Part shown: positions 5,235 to 13,803 of the stretch, piece after piece | Layout: the number at the start of each line of letters is the position of its first letter | Numbering within the stretch: position 1 is the stretch's first letter | Origin: a virus | Direction: 5' to 3' (one strand) | IMG/VR virus record: IMGVR_UViG_3300023486_000048 | Coordinates: 1 to 15,236 of that record | DNA length: 15,236 bases | Notes under the pieces: model-generated | The model's database searches: none | What the model saw: the letters and a program-made list of their open reading frames with translations, nothing else | What the model was told of the DNA's origin: nothing | Position numbers and translations under genes: made by a program

Positions 5235-6608
5235 AGGAACCATCTCCCCGTCAGCTTCTTCCTCCGTCACATTCTCGGACTCGATCCTTATCCCTGGCAA
5301 ATCGAGGCCATCAAGGCATTGCTTCTTGGAAAGGTGAGGCTGGGAGGTCGAAGCGTGGCCATGGTTGCTCCGAACGGATCGGGAAAGACGAGCCTATCCA
5401 TTGCGCCCGCAATCCTGTGTTTCCTTACCTATTTTCCTCGGGGTCAGGTGCCAGTCACGTCATCATCATGGATGCAGGTAGAAAAACAGCTCTTTCCCGC
5501 GCTTCGCCGCTATATGGATAACCCTTTCTTTGACGGCTGGACATTCAACAAAACCGAAATCCGCACGCCGGAAGGAGGATTTGCCGTGGGATTCTCAACC
5601 GACAACGCGGGACGCGCAGAAGGGTGGCATCCGAAAATCTCGCCCGACGTGGATCCCGTCTTTTACGTCCTGGACGAAGCCAAGACCATTCCCGACTCCA
5701 TCTTCACCGCTGTTTCCCGCTGCACGCTCTTCAACGCGTTCATCACCTCGTCGCCGGGTGCCGATTCCGGAACCTTTTACGACTGCTTCCACAAAAATTC
5801 ATCCCTCTACTACAAAATCCGCGTTAAATACGAGGATTGCCCGCACATCGAAATCAACGATCCAGGCAAGGCCGAACGCCTGAAAAAAGAATACGGCGAA
5901 CAGTCCTCCTTCTACCGCTCGGCCATCCTCGGCGAATTCACGGACCTTGACGGGCAATCCGTCATTTCCCGCCGCGCCATCATGGAGCTGCTCAACAACC
6001 CGCCTCCCTTTTTGGACACCGGGGAGACCTGCGGCGGCTTTGACTTCGCCGCCGGGGGTGATGAGAATGTCTTCGCGGCCGGACAGGGCAACCGTTTTTT
6101 CATCGCCGACCACTGGGCCGACCCAGACACTGTAGGAGCGCGCGGACGTTTCCGCCGAAAGGCCGCCGAACTCGGCATCTCTGCCGACCGCATCTTTGCC
6201 GACGGCGACGGACTGGGGCTTCCCATCATTGACGACTTCCGGGCTGAGGGTTTCCCCGTGCACTCCTACCGGGGAGGCTTCCCGGCAGATGACACACAAG
6301 CCTTTGTCAACCTCCGCGCCCAAGCATGGCGGGCTCTCGCCCGCGCCATCGAAGAAAAAGAACTCATCCTCGACATTGACGAGGATACGATTGAGCAGCT
6401 GGTTGCTCCACGACTCCAAACCGACGCAATAGGCCGCGTCCGCATTGAAAGCAAAGAAGATATGGCAAAGCGGGGCGTTCGTTCCCCAGACCGGGCCGAC
6501 GCCCTTGTGATGGCCTGGCACGCGCGCCGGAACAGCGGACTGGCGCGGACGCTGGGAGCCTGGTACGCCCGTCCCGTGTCATCAAAACGCGCTTACGGGA
6601 GATATTAG
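5235..6608 (+). CDS. terL: terminase large subunit; start non-canonical or unresolved
   Basis: Walker A is APNGSGKTS and Walker B is FYVLDEAK, with a C-terminal nuclease-sized domain. The ORF-track start is TTG 5319, but the in-frame sequence FLRHILGLDPYPWQIEAIKAL, typical of a TerL N-terminus, lies upstream. No canonical start occurs between TAA 5226-5228 and 5319. In-frame AGG is at 5235 and ATT at 5271. Confidence 0.85.
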   Translation, partial: RNHLPVSFFLRHILGLDPYPWQIEAIKALLLGKVRLGGRSVAMVAPNGSGKTSLSIAPAILCFLTYFPRGQVPVTSSSWMQVEKQLFPALRRYMDNPFFDGWTFNKTEIRTPEGGFAVGFSTDNAGRAEGWHPKISPDVDPVFYVLDEAKTIPDSIFTAVSRCTLFNAFITSSPGADSGTFYDCFHKNSSLYYKIRVKYEDCPHIEINDPGKAERLKKEYGEQSSFYRSAILGEFTDLDGQSVISRRAIMELLNNPPPFLDTGETCGGFDFAAGGDENVFAAGQGNRFFIADHWADPDTVGARGRFRRKAAELGISADRIFADGDGLGLPIIDDFRAEGFPVHSYRGGFPADDTQAFVNLRAQAWRALARAIEEKELILDIDEDTIEQLVAPRLQTDAIGRVRIESKEDMAKRGVRSPDRADALVMAWHARRNSGLARTLGAWYARPVSSKRAYGRY

Positions 6609-6610
6609 GG

Positions 6611-6639
6611 TTGACAACATATCAAGATATCAATATATG
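6611..6639 (+). promoter_or_regulatory. sigma70-like promoter candidate in an AT-rich island between terL and portal
   Basis: TTGACA (6611-6616), a 17-nt spacer, then TATATG (6634-6639). The spacer contains the direct repeat ATATCAA x2 and a GATATC palindrome. Confidence 0.35.
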
Positions 6640-6661
6640 ACGATATGTAAGCAATCGCAGG

Positions 6662-8110
6662 GTGGTGAAACGGTATCACGCGGGGTTCCTGTCCCCGAAT
6701 CGAAGGTCCAACTCCTTCCCCTGCAACCACCTTTTCTTTAGCCTCAGGTTTAACGCCGTCAAAAATATCCTCAACGCCCCGAAGCTGGTAGCCCAACAGG
6801 AGACCAGAATCAAGGAGCTTGAAACGGACCTGGCCCGGCGAGCGTTGACGGAACAGAGCCGGAAGCCTAACCAGCCTCAATGGTACGAATATTGGGACCC
6901 GTTACAGGGCGCCGACCTGCAAACCCTGATTGACGCCCGGAACGAAGCGCGGCGTGGAGCCTTTGCCCGCCAAATGCTCATTTGGGACGAGGTCATCTAC
7001 TCGGACGGCTTGATGGGCATGCTCTATTCCCGGCTCATTGAAAGCGTCTCCATGCAGGGATGGAAGATTGACGCCGCGGACGACAGCCCGGAAGCCCAGC
7101 GTCAGCAGAACGCGCTGGAAGAATTCTATCACTCCGTCACCGGACTTCAACAGGCCTTTGGGCAGTTGGCCTCCGCTATGTTTTACGGGTACGCCCACCT
7201 CCAATACATCGAAGATTCCTGGGGCCGCCGCTTTGAATTCATCCCGCAGCGATACTGGGTGCGGCCCGGAGAGCTGAACGAATGGCAGTTTAATCCCCAG
7301 TGCTACATCGGGGTCGACACGGGCGAGAGCGTAGAGGAAGAAACGCTCGTGGTCATGGAGCACCGGAACCCCATTCTTTTTCCGGCAACCCGCGCCTCTT
7401 TTGAGCGGAATCACGCCAAAGTTACGTGGGACAACCATATGGACCGCTACGGGAGCGCCCCGGTCATCATCACGGCGCCCAAGGACGCGAGCGCCGCCGT
7501 CATGGACGCGCTGGAACGGGCCTGTGAGGAACTCAAATCGGGAGCCTCCATTGTGCTTCCTCCCGGCTGCACCGCCGAACCGTTGAAAGCCTCCAACATC
7601 AACGAAAACTATTTCCTATCCCGAATCAACATGTCCGACAAGGACCAGGTGCGGTTTGTAATGGCCGGCACTCTGACCGTCCTGAATGAATCAGGATCCG
7701 GCACGCTGGCCGGGGGAGCGCACACGGACAGCTGGAATTCGGTCGTCTCCGCGGTCTGTTCCAAGGTCGCCGAAGCTTTTAACGCCGCCATCAGCCCGCT
7801 TGTCCTGGGAGACGGCGAACCGCTGGCCCGCCTCCACATCACTTTTGACACCGTCCAGACCCCGCTGCAGAAAGCCGAGGAAATCGCCGCGCTTGCCGAC
7901 GGAGGCGTCCGCCCCGAGAAGACCGAGATTGAAGAAAAGATCGGCATGTCGATCGAGGACACGCAGGACCCCGTTCCGGTGACGGCGGCGGCCAACAGGG
8001 AACCGGAAAAAGCACTCATTCCGCCCGATGCTTATGAACAGCTTCAGCAAATGATTTACGCCGGACTCATGAAAGGATTTACCGATGATCAGCACGAAAC
8101 AAATCAATGA
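6662..8110 (+). CDS. portal protein (DUF935 / Mu gp29-like)
   Basis: The ORF is 482 aa and sits after terL. The segment RGAFARQMLIWDEVIYSDGLMGMLYSRLIESVSMQGWKI...DDSPEAQ fits the Mu gp29-type portal pattern. GTG 6662 is immediately preceded by in-frame AGG 6659-6661. Confidence 0.75.
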   Translation: MVKRYHAGFLSPNRRSNSFPCNHLFFSLRFNAVKNILNAPKLVAQQETRIKELETDLARRALTEQSRKPNQPQWYEYWDPLQGADLQTLIDARNEARRGAFARQMLIWDEVIYSDGLMGMLYSRLIESVSMQGWKIDAADDSPEAQRQQNALEEFYHSVTGLQQAFGQLASAMFYGYAHLQYIEDSWGRRFEFIPQRYWVRPGELNEWQFNPQCYIGVDTGESVEEETLVVMEHRNPILFPATRASFERNHAKVTWDNHMDRYGSAPVIITAPKDASAAVMDALERACEELKSGASIVLPPGCTAEPLKASNINENYFLSRINMSDKDQVRFVMAGTLTVLNESGSGTLAGGAHTDSWNSVVSAVCSKVAEAFNAAISPLVLGDGEPLARLHITFDTVQTPLQKAEEIAALADGGVRPEKTEIEEKIGMSIEDTQDPVPVTAAANREPEKALIPPDAYEQLQQMIYAGLMKGFTDDQHETNQ

Positions 8111-9197
8111 CCTGTCCCGACCCGCCAACGGCTGGTTCCACGTTGAGAAAAGCGGAGACCATGACGTTGACTACGGCGAGGGTCCCGCCGTGTTGCGCAT
8201 CGACGAGCAGGCGATCCGGGACATGGTGGACGACTTCAACGCCCGCACCTTTGACGGCCCGGGCATGCTCATCGACGGCGACCACCTGAGCCACGACCTT
8301 TCCCGCGATACTCGGGCCCTCGGATGGCTCAAGAGGCTGGACACCTACCGCGACCCTTCCGGCACGCTGGAACTCTACGGGTTCATCGAATGGACGCCGC
8401 GCGGCCTGAAGATGCTGCAGGACAAGGAATACACGCAATCATCCACCGAATATGGCGAAGGCATGACTTTGACGGACGGCGTCTACCGCCCGTCGCGTCT
8501 GACCGGCTTCGCTCTGACCAACCGGCCGCGCATCAAGGGAAAGCGGCCTCTGGTCAACCGACAGACTTCCCCCGCCTCCGACGAGGCCGGGGGCGACCCC
8601 AAAAGCCCCGAAGAGGGGGAAACAACCCAGAAAACCAATATGGAAAACGACGATAGAGAATATCCGTCCAAGGAGATGGACAAGGCCCAGCGGGCCCTGT
8701 TCGACTCCCTGCTTGACAAGCTGGATGTCGAATTTGACGGCACCGACGACATGAGCAGGGCGATCCTCGGACGCCTTGATGAACTGCTCTCGCTGGAAAA
8801 GCGTGAGAAAGACCACGTGAACGCCGAAGTGGACGACGCCGTCAGCACGTACGAAAACGCGCTGGACGAGGAAGAACGCGAGGAATTCACGGAAGAACGC
8901 CGGGAAGAGCTGAAAAACTCTCTCCGGGAAAGCCCCGCCGCGCTGAACGCTTTTATCCGTGCGCTCAACCGCCAGACTCCGCCCAAAAAACCGGATCAGG
9001 AGGAAAAGAAGGAACTGCCGAAAAGGACGCCTCTGAACCGCCGCGCGACGCTGAATCCCCCTGACCCATTCCGCAAGAAGGAATCCATTGACGGATTCAA
9101 CAACCGCGTCAACGAACTGATCAAGGACGGCATGAAGCGCTATGACGCCTACCAGAAAGCGACCGAAGAAGGCTTCATCGTCTCCGCCAACCGATAA
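8085..9197 (+). CDS. Mu gpI-like prohead protease with a C-terminal scaffold-like charged region
   Basis: The N-terminal GWFHV...IDGDHLSHD...ALGWLKRL...GFIEWTPRGLKMLQDKEY...LTGFALTNRPRI matches the Mu-like prophage I protein pattern. The C-terminal about 190 aa are E/K/D rich and look coiled-coil. ATG 8085 overlaps the portal stop. Confidence 0.75.
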   Translation: MISTKQINDLSRPANGWFHVEKSGDHDVDYGEGPAVLRIDEQAIRDMVDDFNARTFDGPGMLIDGDHLSHDLSRDTRALGWLKRLDTYRDPSGTLELYGFIEWTPRGLKMLQDKEYTQSSTEYGEGMTLTDGVYRPSRLTGFALTNRPRIKGKRPLVNRQTSPASDEAGGDPKSPEEGETTQKTNMENDDREYPSKEMDKAQRALFDSLLDKLDVEFDGTDDMSRAILGRLDELLSLEKREKDHVNAEVDDAVSTYENALDEEEREEFTEERREELKNSLRESPAALNAFIRALNRQTPPKKPDQEEKKELPKRTPLNRRATLNPPDPFRKKESIDGFNNRVNELIKDGMKRYDAYQKATEEGFIVSANR

Positions 9198-9215
9198 CTT
9201 AACCCATATCAACCA

Positions 9216-9647
9216 ATGCCATCACTCAACGTAACCCAGAAAAACGCCATCGTCTATTTCAACGCCCCTGAAGGCGTTGACCTGTGCGGACAGGAAGGAA
9301 CCGTCGTGGCGCTGACCGCCAATCCTGACATCCCCGAATTTGTCGGAACTCCGTTGTCCGCCATCCCCACGCAGACGCAGCTGCTCGGCGTCGTCCTGCA
9401 GGGACAGCCCAACAAGGGAACCTGCGTCGCCGCGCTCGTCGGAATGTATGCCGGCCTGATCAAGGCGGCTCTATCCGACACGCCCGGAACCATCAACGCC
9501 GGAACGCCCGTCACCATCACGGCCAACGGGACATGGAAGGCCGCCGCCAGCGGCGACACCGTCTATGCCCGCGTTATTCATGCCCAGTGGGAACAGGGCC
9601 TTGTGGAAATCGGCTTCGTTCCGTCCTACCAGGTCGCCGCAGCCTAA
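9216..9647 (+). CDS. hypothetical head protein in the decoration-protein position (gpD/DUF2190-like placement)
   Basis: The ORF is 143 aa with an ATG start. It is Gly/Ala/Val/Thr rich and lies immediately upstream of the major capsid gene. The assignment rests mainly on position. Confidence 0.6.
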   Translation: MPSLNVTQKNAIVYFNAPEGVDLCGQEGTVVALTANPDIPEFVGTPLSAIPTQTQLLGVVLQGQPNKGTCVAALVGMYAGLIKAALSDTPGTINAGTPVTITANGTWKAAASGDTVYARVIHAQWEQGLVEIGFVPSYQVAAA

Positions 9648-9681
9648 CTATTAACCCCAACCAACAGAAAGACCAAGAACA

Positions 9682-10608
9682 AGGGCTACTCCATTTTGCT
9701 CCGCCGTTCAGTTCACCGATGTCCTGACCTCCTATTCCGCGGGGTCCGGGAACACCGAAGAGAACTCCATCATCAGCCGCATCGCTCCGATCGTCCCGGT
9801 CTATGACCTGAATTTCCAGTACAAGGTCTGGGACACGGAATCGGCCTTCACCGTCCAGCCCATCCAGGTGGGACCGGGCGAACCTCCCCGCCAGACCGTC
9901 CTGCGCGGAAGAAACGAAACCGACACCCTTCAGGGCTACGGCTTGACGCTGCCCATCCCTGACGCCTTGCTGGGCGTCAACCGGGAAAAGGCGCAGGCCA
10001 TCACCCTGGCGGAATACAAACTCATCGAATCCCAGTTTGTGACGTCGTACGAATACGAACGCGCCAAGCTTCTGATGAGCCAGCTTCCGGCCGCTTCCGG
10101 GATGGGTGACTGGGCCAACCAGCAGAAAAACCCGTTGGCGGATCTGGACCAGGCGATCCTGTCCATCAACGCCGCAACCGGACACATGCCGAACACGATT
10201 GTCTTCGGCATCAACGCATGGCAGCTGCTTCGCTCCAACACGCTCGCGCGTCAGGTGGTTTCCTTCAACAGCGTCGGCCTGTTCAACGAAGACCTTCTTC
10301 GCATGGCTCTGATCCGGCCCATCCGGGATATTTACATCGCCTCCATGCCGTACCGCGACGCTTCCGGCGACGCGAAAACCATCATGGAAAACGAAGTCTA
10401 TGTCCTGTACAAGGAAGACTCCCCGACGCAGTTCGACGCCTCCGCCGTCAAGACCTTCGGTCTTTCCGGCAAGCTTCGCCGAGAAGTCATCACTGAATAC
10501 AAGCCGACGCCGGCCTTGACGCTCGTCACAAACCGCGTCTACTCGCTGACCAAGTTGACGAACCCCAGCGCCATCGTCCGCATCGACGCGACGGCCACCG
10601 GCGATTAA
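9682..10608 (+). CDS. major capsid protein (lambda gpE-like); start non-canonical or unresolved
   Basis: The segments IISRIAPIVPVYDLNFQYKVWD and NPLADLDQAILSINAATGHMPNTIVFGINAWQLLRSN parallel lambda gpE segments (YVSPIVSGEVI and DPTDDIEAYALNASGVVNIIVFDPKGWALFRS). The first segment lies upstream of the ORF-track start GTG 9868. The frame is open from 9655 with no canonical start. Starting at in-frame AGG 9682 gives 308 aa. Confidence 0.75.
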   Translation, partial: RATPFCSAVQFTDVLTSYSAGSGNTEENSIISRIAPIVPVYDLNFQYKVWDTESAFTVQPIQVGPGEPPRQTVLRGRNETDTLQGYGLTLPIPDALLGVNREKAQAITLAEYKLIESQFVTSYEYERAKLLMSQLPAASGMGDWANQQKNPLADLDQAILSINAATGHMPNTIVFGINAWQLLRSNTLARQVVSFNSVGLFNEDLLRMALIRPIRDIYIASMPYRDASGDAKTIMENEVYVLYKEDSPTQFDASAVKTFGLSGKLRREVITEYKPTPALTLVTNRVYSLTKLTNPSAIVRIDATATGD

Positions 10609-10627
10609 CCCCAACCCCGCCTCCATC

Positions 10628-11104
10628 ATGTCCGCCTTTCCTGCCTGGTCCACGATTTCCACCGACGAAGCCGATCGGCTGCTCGGTCTCAACACCGCCG
10701 AACGCGATGCCCTGGTAACAGCCGGGGAACAGCGCAGCCTGGACTACCGGGATGTCATGATGGAGGCGGTCAACGATGTCTGCATGACCATCCGCGGGGC
10801 GCTGGCCAACAACCTCGCCCTGCGGCAATCGCTCCAGAACAGCGGCATGTACGACATTCCGCAAAGCATGCGGTCCCTGGCATGGCCGCTGATCATCCGG
10901 CAGCTCTACCTGCGCTACCAGCTCAACCTGACCGAGACGCGCCAGAAGGCCGCCGAATCGGCGGACGCGATGCTGGCGCTCTACGCCAAAGGGGACATGC
11001 TGCCGGAAAGCGTGGACGGCTCCGCGCCCGCGGATCCCGCCTACATGATGCCGCGCTACACGCGCCGCCCCTGGTTCAACCCCATGCGAAGCACCTACCG
11101 ATGA
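10628..11104 (+). CDS. putative head-tail connector / head completion protein
   Basis: The ORF is 158 aa with an ATG start and lies directly after the capsid gene. It has a weak resemblance to the DUF1320/gp36-like class. The call is mostly positional. Confidence 0.55.
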   Translation: MSAFPAWSTISTDEADRLLGLNTAERDALVTAGEQRSLDYRDVMMEAVNDVCMTIRGALANNLALRQSLQNSGMYDIPQSMRSLAWPLIIRQLYLRYQLNLTETRQKAAESADAMLALYAKGDMLPESVDGSAPADPAYMMPRYTRRPWFNPMRSTYR

Positions 11105-12237
11105 TGACCGCCGCCCAGATGGAGATGATCGCCAACGACTACGCCGAACGCGCCTTTTTCGTGTCCGGCGTGGAGCCCGGCGTTATCCTGTCCGACTTTG
11201 AGGAAAAGGCGGGGAAGGTCGCCTCCGGCGCCCTGAGCTATGAAGAGGCGCAGCAGTCCATCCGCGAAACCCTGCGCCAGCAGGGCTACCGACCGCCGGC
11301 AACGGGGCAGGGCGGCATTCAGGATTTGTCATCCTGGCTCCGCATCCAGGTCGTCATGGAAACCAATGCGGCCATGGCGCACGGTTACCGGAACTGGTAT
11401 AACTGGATGCAGGACGAAGACACGGCCGCCTTCAAATTTTACCGCTCCCAGGGGCGGGAAGACCCGCGCTATTGGGCCGAACGCTGGAACCGTGCCCGGG
11501 CCGGGCTGGAAGAAGAAGCCACGGAAGCGGTATCATCCGGCTTCATCCGCGGGGAAATCGTCGGCTATGCGCTGGCGGCCTCCGATATCTGGATCCGCCT
11601 TTCGCGCTTTGGCACGCCTTACCCGCCCTTTGACTACCTGTCCGGCATGAACATTGCCCCCGTGGGCGCCGAAGAAGCCCGCGCGGCCGGGCTGGCCGTG
11701 TCGCGCGTCCGTCCCGCTCCCCCCAGCTTCAACGCAACCTTGGAAAGCAACGCCAAAGGCGTGACGGAATCCAACAGGAACAAGATCCGCCGCATCCTGA
11801 AAGACGCCGTGCGCGTCAAGACCGGGAACGACGGCAATACCACCTTTGCCTACACGGACCCGAACGGCACGCGCCCTTACACGGACGCGGAACTGGCGGA
11901 CGTCCTGTCCGGGGATTTCCCGGAAGAGATCCCCTTGCGCCAGGCCCAGGCCTTCAGCCTGGCGGCAGCCGGGGGAGCCGTGGCCGGAACGCTGGCGGCC
12001 CTCTACCTGGACCGTCTGCTGGACCGTCTGGCTTCCGAGCCGGAAGGTGATTGGTACGCCCGGCCCGCAGACGTGGCCGCCGCGTCCTCCCGCCAGTATA
12101 TCCCCGTTTCCCCAAAGGAAGAGGGGGAATTCACCTATCCCATTACCTCCGGGCACGTCAGGAAAGTGGAAGACGTCGCCGGAGCCCTCAATGTGGAACT
12201 GTCAACCCCTTACGTTTTACCCGTCAAATGGCTGTAA
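11101..12237 (+). CDS. minor head protein (Mu F / SPP1 gp7-like) with an extended C-terminus
   Basis: ATG 11101 overlaps the upstream stop (ATGA), so the ORF-track start at 10882 is an out-of-context extension. AFFVSGVEPGVILSDFEEK...SWLRIQVVMETNAAMAHGYRNW fits the head-morphogenesis F-family core. Confidence 0.65.
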   Translation: MMTAAQMEMIANDYAERAFFVSGVEPGVILSDFEEKAGKVASGALSYEEAQQSIRETLRQQGYRPPATGQGGIQDLSSWLRIQVVMETNAAMAHGYRNWYNWMQDEDTAAFKFYRSQGREDPRYWAERWNRARAGLEEEATEAVSSGFIRGEIVGYALAASDIWIRLSRFGTPYPPFDYLSGMNIAPVGAEEARAAGLAVSRVRPAPPSFNATLESNAKGVTESNRNKIRRILKDAVRVKTGNDGNTTFAYTDPNGTRPYTDAELADVLSGDFPEEIPLRQAQAFSLAAAGGAVAGTLAALYLDRLLDRLASEPEGDWYARPADVAAASSRQYIPVSPKEEGEFTYPITSGHVRKVEDVAGALNVELSTPYVLPVKWL

Positions 12238-12893
12238 CCGTCCACATCGACCAATCCGCGATTAACCGCGCGTTTGCCGACATGGCGCCGTCCGCCGCCC
12301 TGCACAAGACCGCCATCCGCAAGGCGGGCGTTGCCCTCAGTCTGATGATTCAGCAAACCTTGCGCCAGCAGGGCAAGGACTACTACGACGCCGCGGCGGA
12401 CGCCACCAGCATGGAAGAAACCGCCGAAGGCGTCAGCGTCTCCATTGCCTGGCGCGGCATCGGCCTGCACTGGATAGGCACGCAGGGCTACCTGGGCGGC
12501 CCGCTGCGGCCCACCGGACGCACTTCGGAAGTCACCGGCAAGCCGATTCAGAACCTCGCCATCCCCACCATCAACGCGCCACGAGGGCATGGAGGGACCC
12601 GAAGCATTTACAGCGCAGGCTTCCGCAAAGAGGACTTGCAATTCATCCCCTCCAAAAATGGAGGACGGAATGGAAATGTAACCGGTGTCCTGATTCTCAA
12701 GACAGCCCAGTCCTCCACCGGGAAGAAAGCGGCCCGCAAGCTTTTCAGCAAAGGAACGAAAACAGGAGACGTCCTCTATATCCTGTGCCGGGAAGTAACG
12801 ATTGCTCCTACTCCTGGCATCCTGCCGACGATGGACCAAATGGCGCAGCGCGCCGCGGAAACATACCTCACCCAAATCGGAAACGAATCATGA
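12228..12893 (+). CDS. hypothetical virion morphogenesis / neck protein
   Basis: ATG 12228 overlaps the upstream stop by 10 nt (ORF-track start 12051 is an extension). The product is 221 aa and is translationally coupled within the structural operon. Confidence 0.6.
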   Translation: MAVTVHIDQSAINRAFADMAPSAALHKTAIRKAGVALSLMIQQTLRQQGKDYYDAAADATSMEETAEGVSVSIAWRGIGLHWIGTQGYLGGPLRPTGRTSEVTGKPIQNLAIPTINAPRGHGGTRSIYSAGFRKEDLQFIPSKNGGRNGNVTGVLILKTAQSSTGKKAARKLFSKGTKTGDVLYILCREVTIAPTPGILPTMDQMAQRAAETYLTQIGNES

Positions 12894-13420
12894 TCCCCTC
12901 CATTGACCAGACCATGAGCTGCCGCATCATTGAGCGGCTCAAAAGCAGCAAGGAATTGAGCTGCCACATCTTTGACGCGCCCTTTGATCCGGAGTATGCC
13001 GCCAATGACATCATCATGTCTGCAATGGGGAATAACGGCGTGGTGCTGGTGTGTCCCGGGGATGCGGATGAATACCAGGACGGACACGGGCAGACGGCGG
13101 AACCTACCATGTGGAGGCAGTATTTCATTATTGTAGCCATCTATCACAACGCTGCCCTGTTCCCGGAGGAATGCCTGACGCCGGCCTACTATTTGCGCGC
13201 CGTGGGCGACGTGATTGAGCATGCCCTGTGGAACTGGAATCCACTTCCGTTTCCCGCGCCCGCCATGATGAAGCCCAAGATCAAGGGGCGCTTTGCCTCT
13301 TCCGGGATTATCGACGGAGAGAAGAGGCAAATGAACGTCTTGACCGTGGACTACCGCGTCCCGATCAATATCAACATACGAACCAAAACGGAATTCCATG
13401 AGCAGAACGCCAAAAAATAA
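12890..13420 (+). CDS. hypothetical neck / tail-completion protein
   Basis: ATG 12890 forms an ATGA overlap with the upstream stop (ORF-track start 12785 is an extension). The product is 176 aa. Confidence 0.6.
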   Translation: MIPSIDQTMSCRIIERLKSSKELSCHIFDAPFDPEYAANDIIMSAMGNNGVVLVCPGDADEYQDGHGQTAEPTMWRQYFIIVAIYHNAALFPEECLTPAYYLRAVGDVIEHALWNWNPLPFPAPAMMKPKIKGRFASSGIIDGEKRQMNVLTVDYRVPININIRTKTEFHEQNAKK

Positions 13421-13595
13421 ACAGCAAAAAGACCAGGGGGATCACCAGGACAAGGTGACCGTCCGCGTCGTCAGCACGAAAACAGAACTGGATGGAGGGC
13501 TGGTCATCAGCCTCTTCATGAAAACCGACACCCCGGAACTTCCCGCGACCATCGCGGAAGCTCTGGCAACCCTCAACCTTGTTGACATCAAATGA
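13398..13595 (+). CDS. small hypothetical structural-operon protein (65 aa)
   Basis: The ATG start overlaps the previous gene by 23 nt, and the stop overlaps the next ATG (ATGA at 13592). Confidence 0.5.
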   Translation: MSRTPKNKQQKDQGDHQDKVTVRVVSTKTELDGGLVISLFMKTDTPELPATIAEALATLNLVDIK

Positions 13596-13789
13596 GCAAA
13601 GCAGCTGCAGCCAACACCGAACCGGAGAAGAAGACGGAGCAGGCCGCCGTCATCAACACGAACATCCTCATTCTGTCCAAAGAAGTGAGGATAGGGCGCT
13701 CAACGTTCTTGAAAGGAGCGCATATTCGTGTTACGAAAGAACTCGCCGATAAGCTGGAAGCCGACGGCAAGGCAACAATCATCTACTAA
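13592..13789 (+). CDS. small hypothetical structural-operon protein (65 aa)
   Basis: ATG start with ATGA coupling to the upstream ORF. It lies immediately before the putative tube gene. Confidence 0.55.
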   Translation: MSKAAAANTEPEKKTEQAAVINTNILILSKEVRIGRSTFLKGAHIRVTKELADKLEADGKATIIY

Positions 13790-13803
13790 CCGTTTCAAGC
13801 ACC

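Noticed and set aside
9574-10695. Long antisense ORFs opposite the late genes: 9574..10695 (373 aa), 8439..9212, 5799..6521, 12210..12875, 12776..13399, 13795..14346, 6902..7438 and 7609..8128.
   Set aside because: They lie opposite genes with clear family motifs. Their products are Arg/Gly/Ala-rich and low in complexity. Stop-poor antisense frames are expected at about 60% GC.
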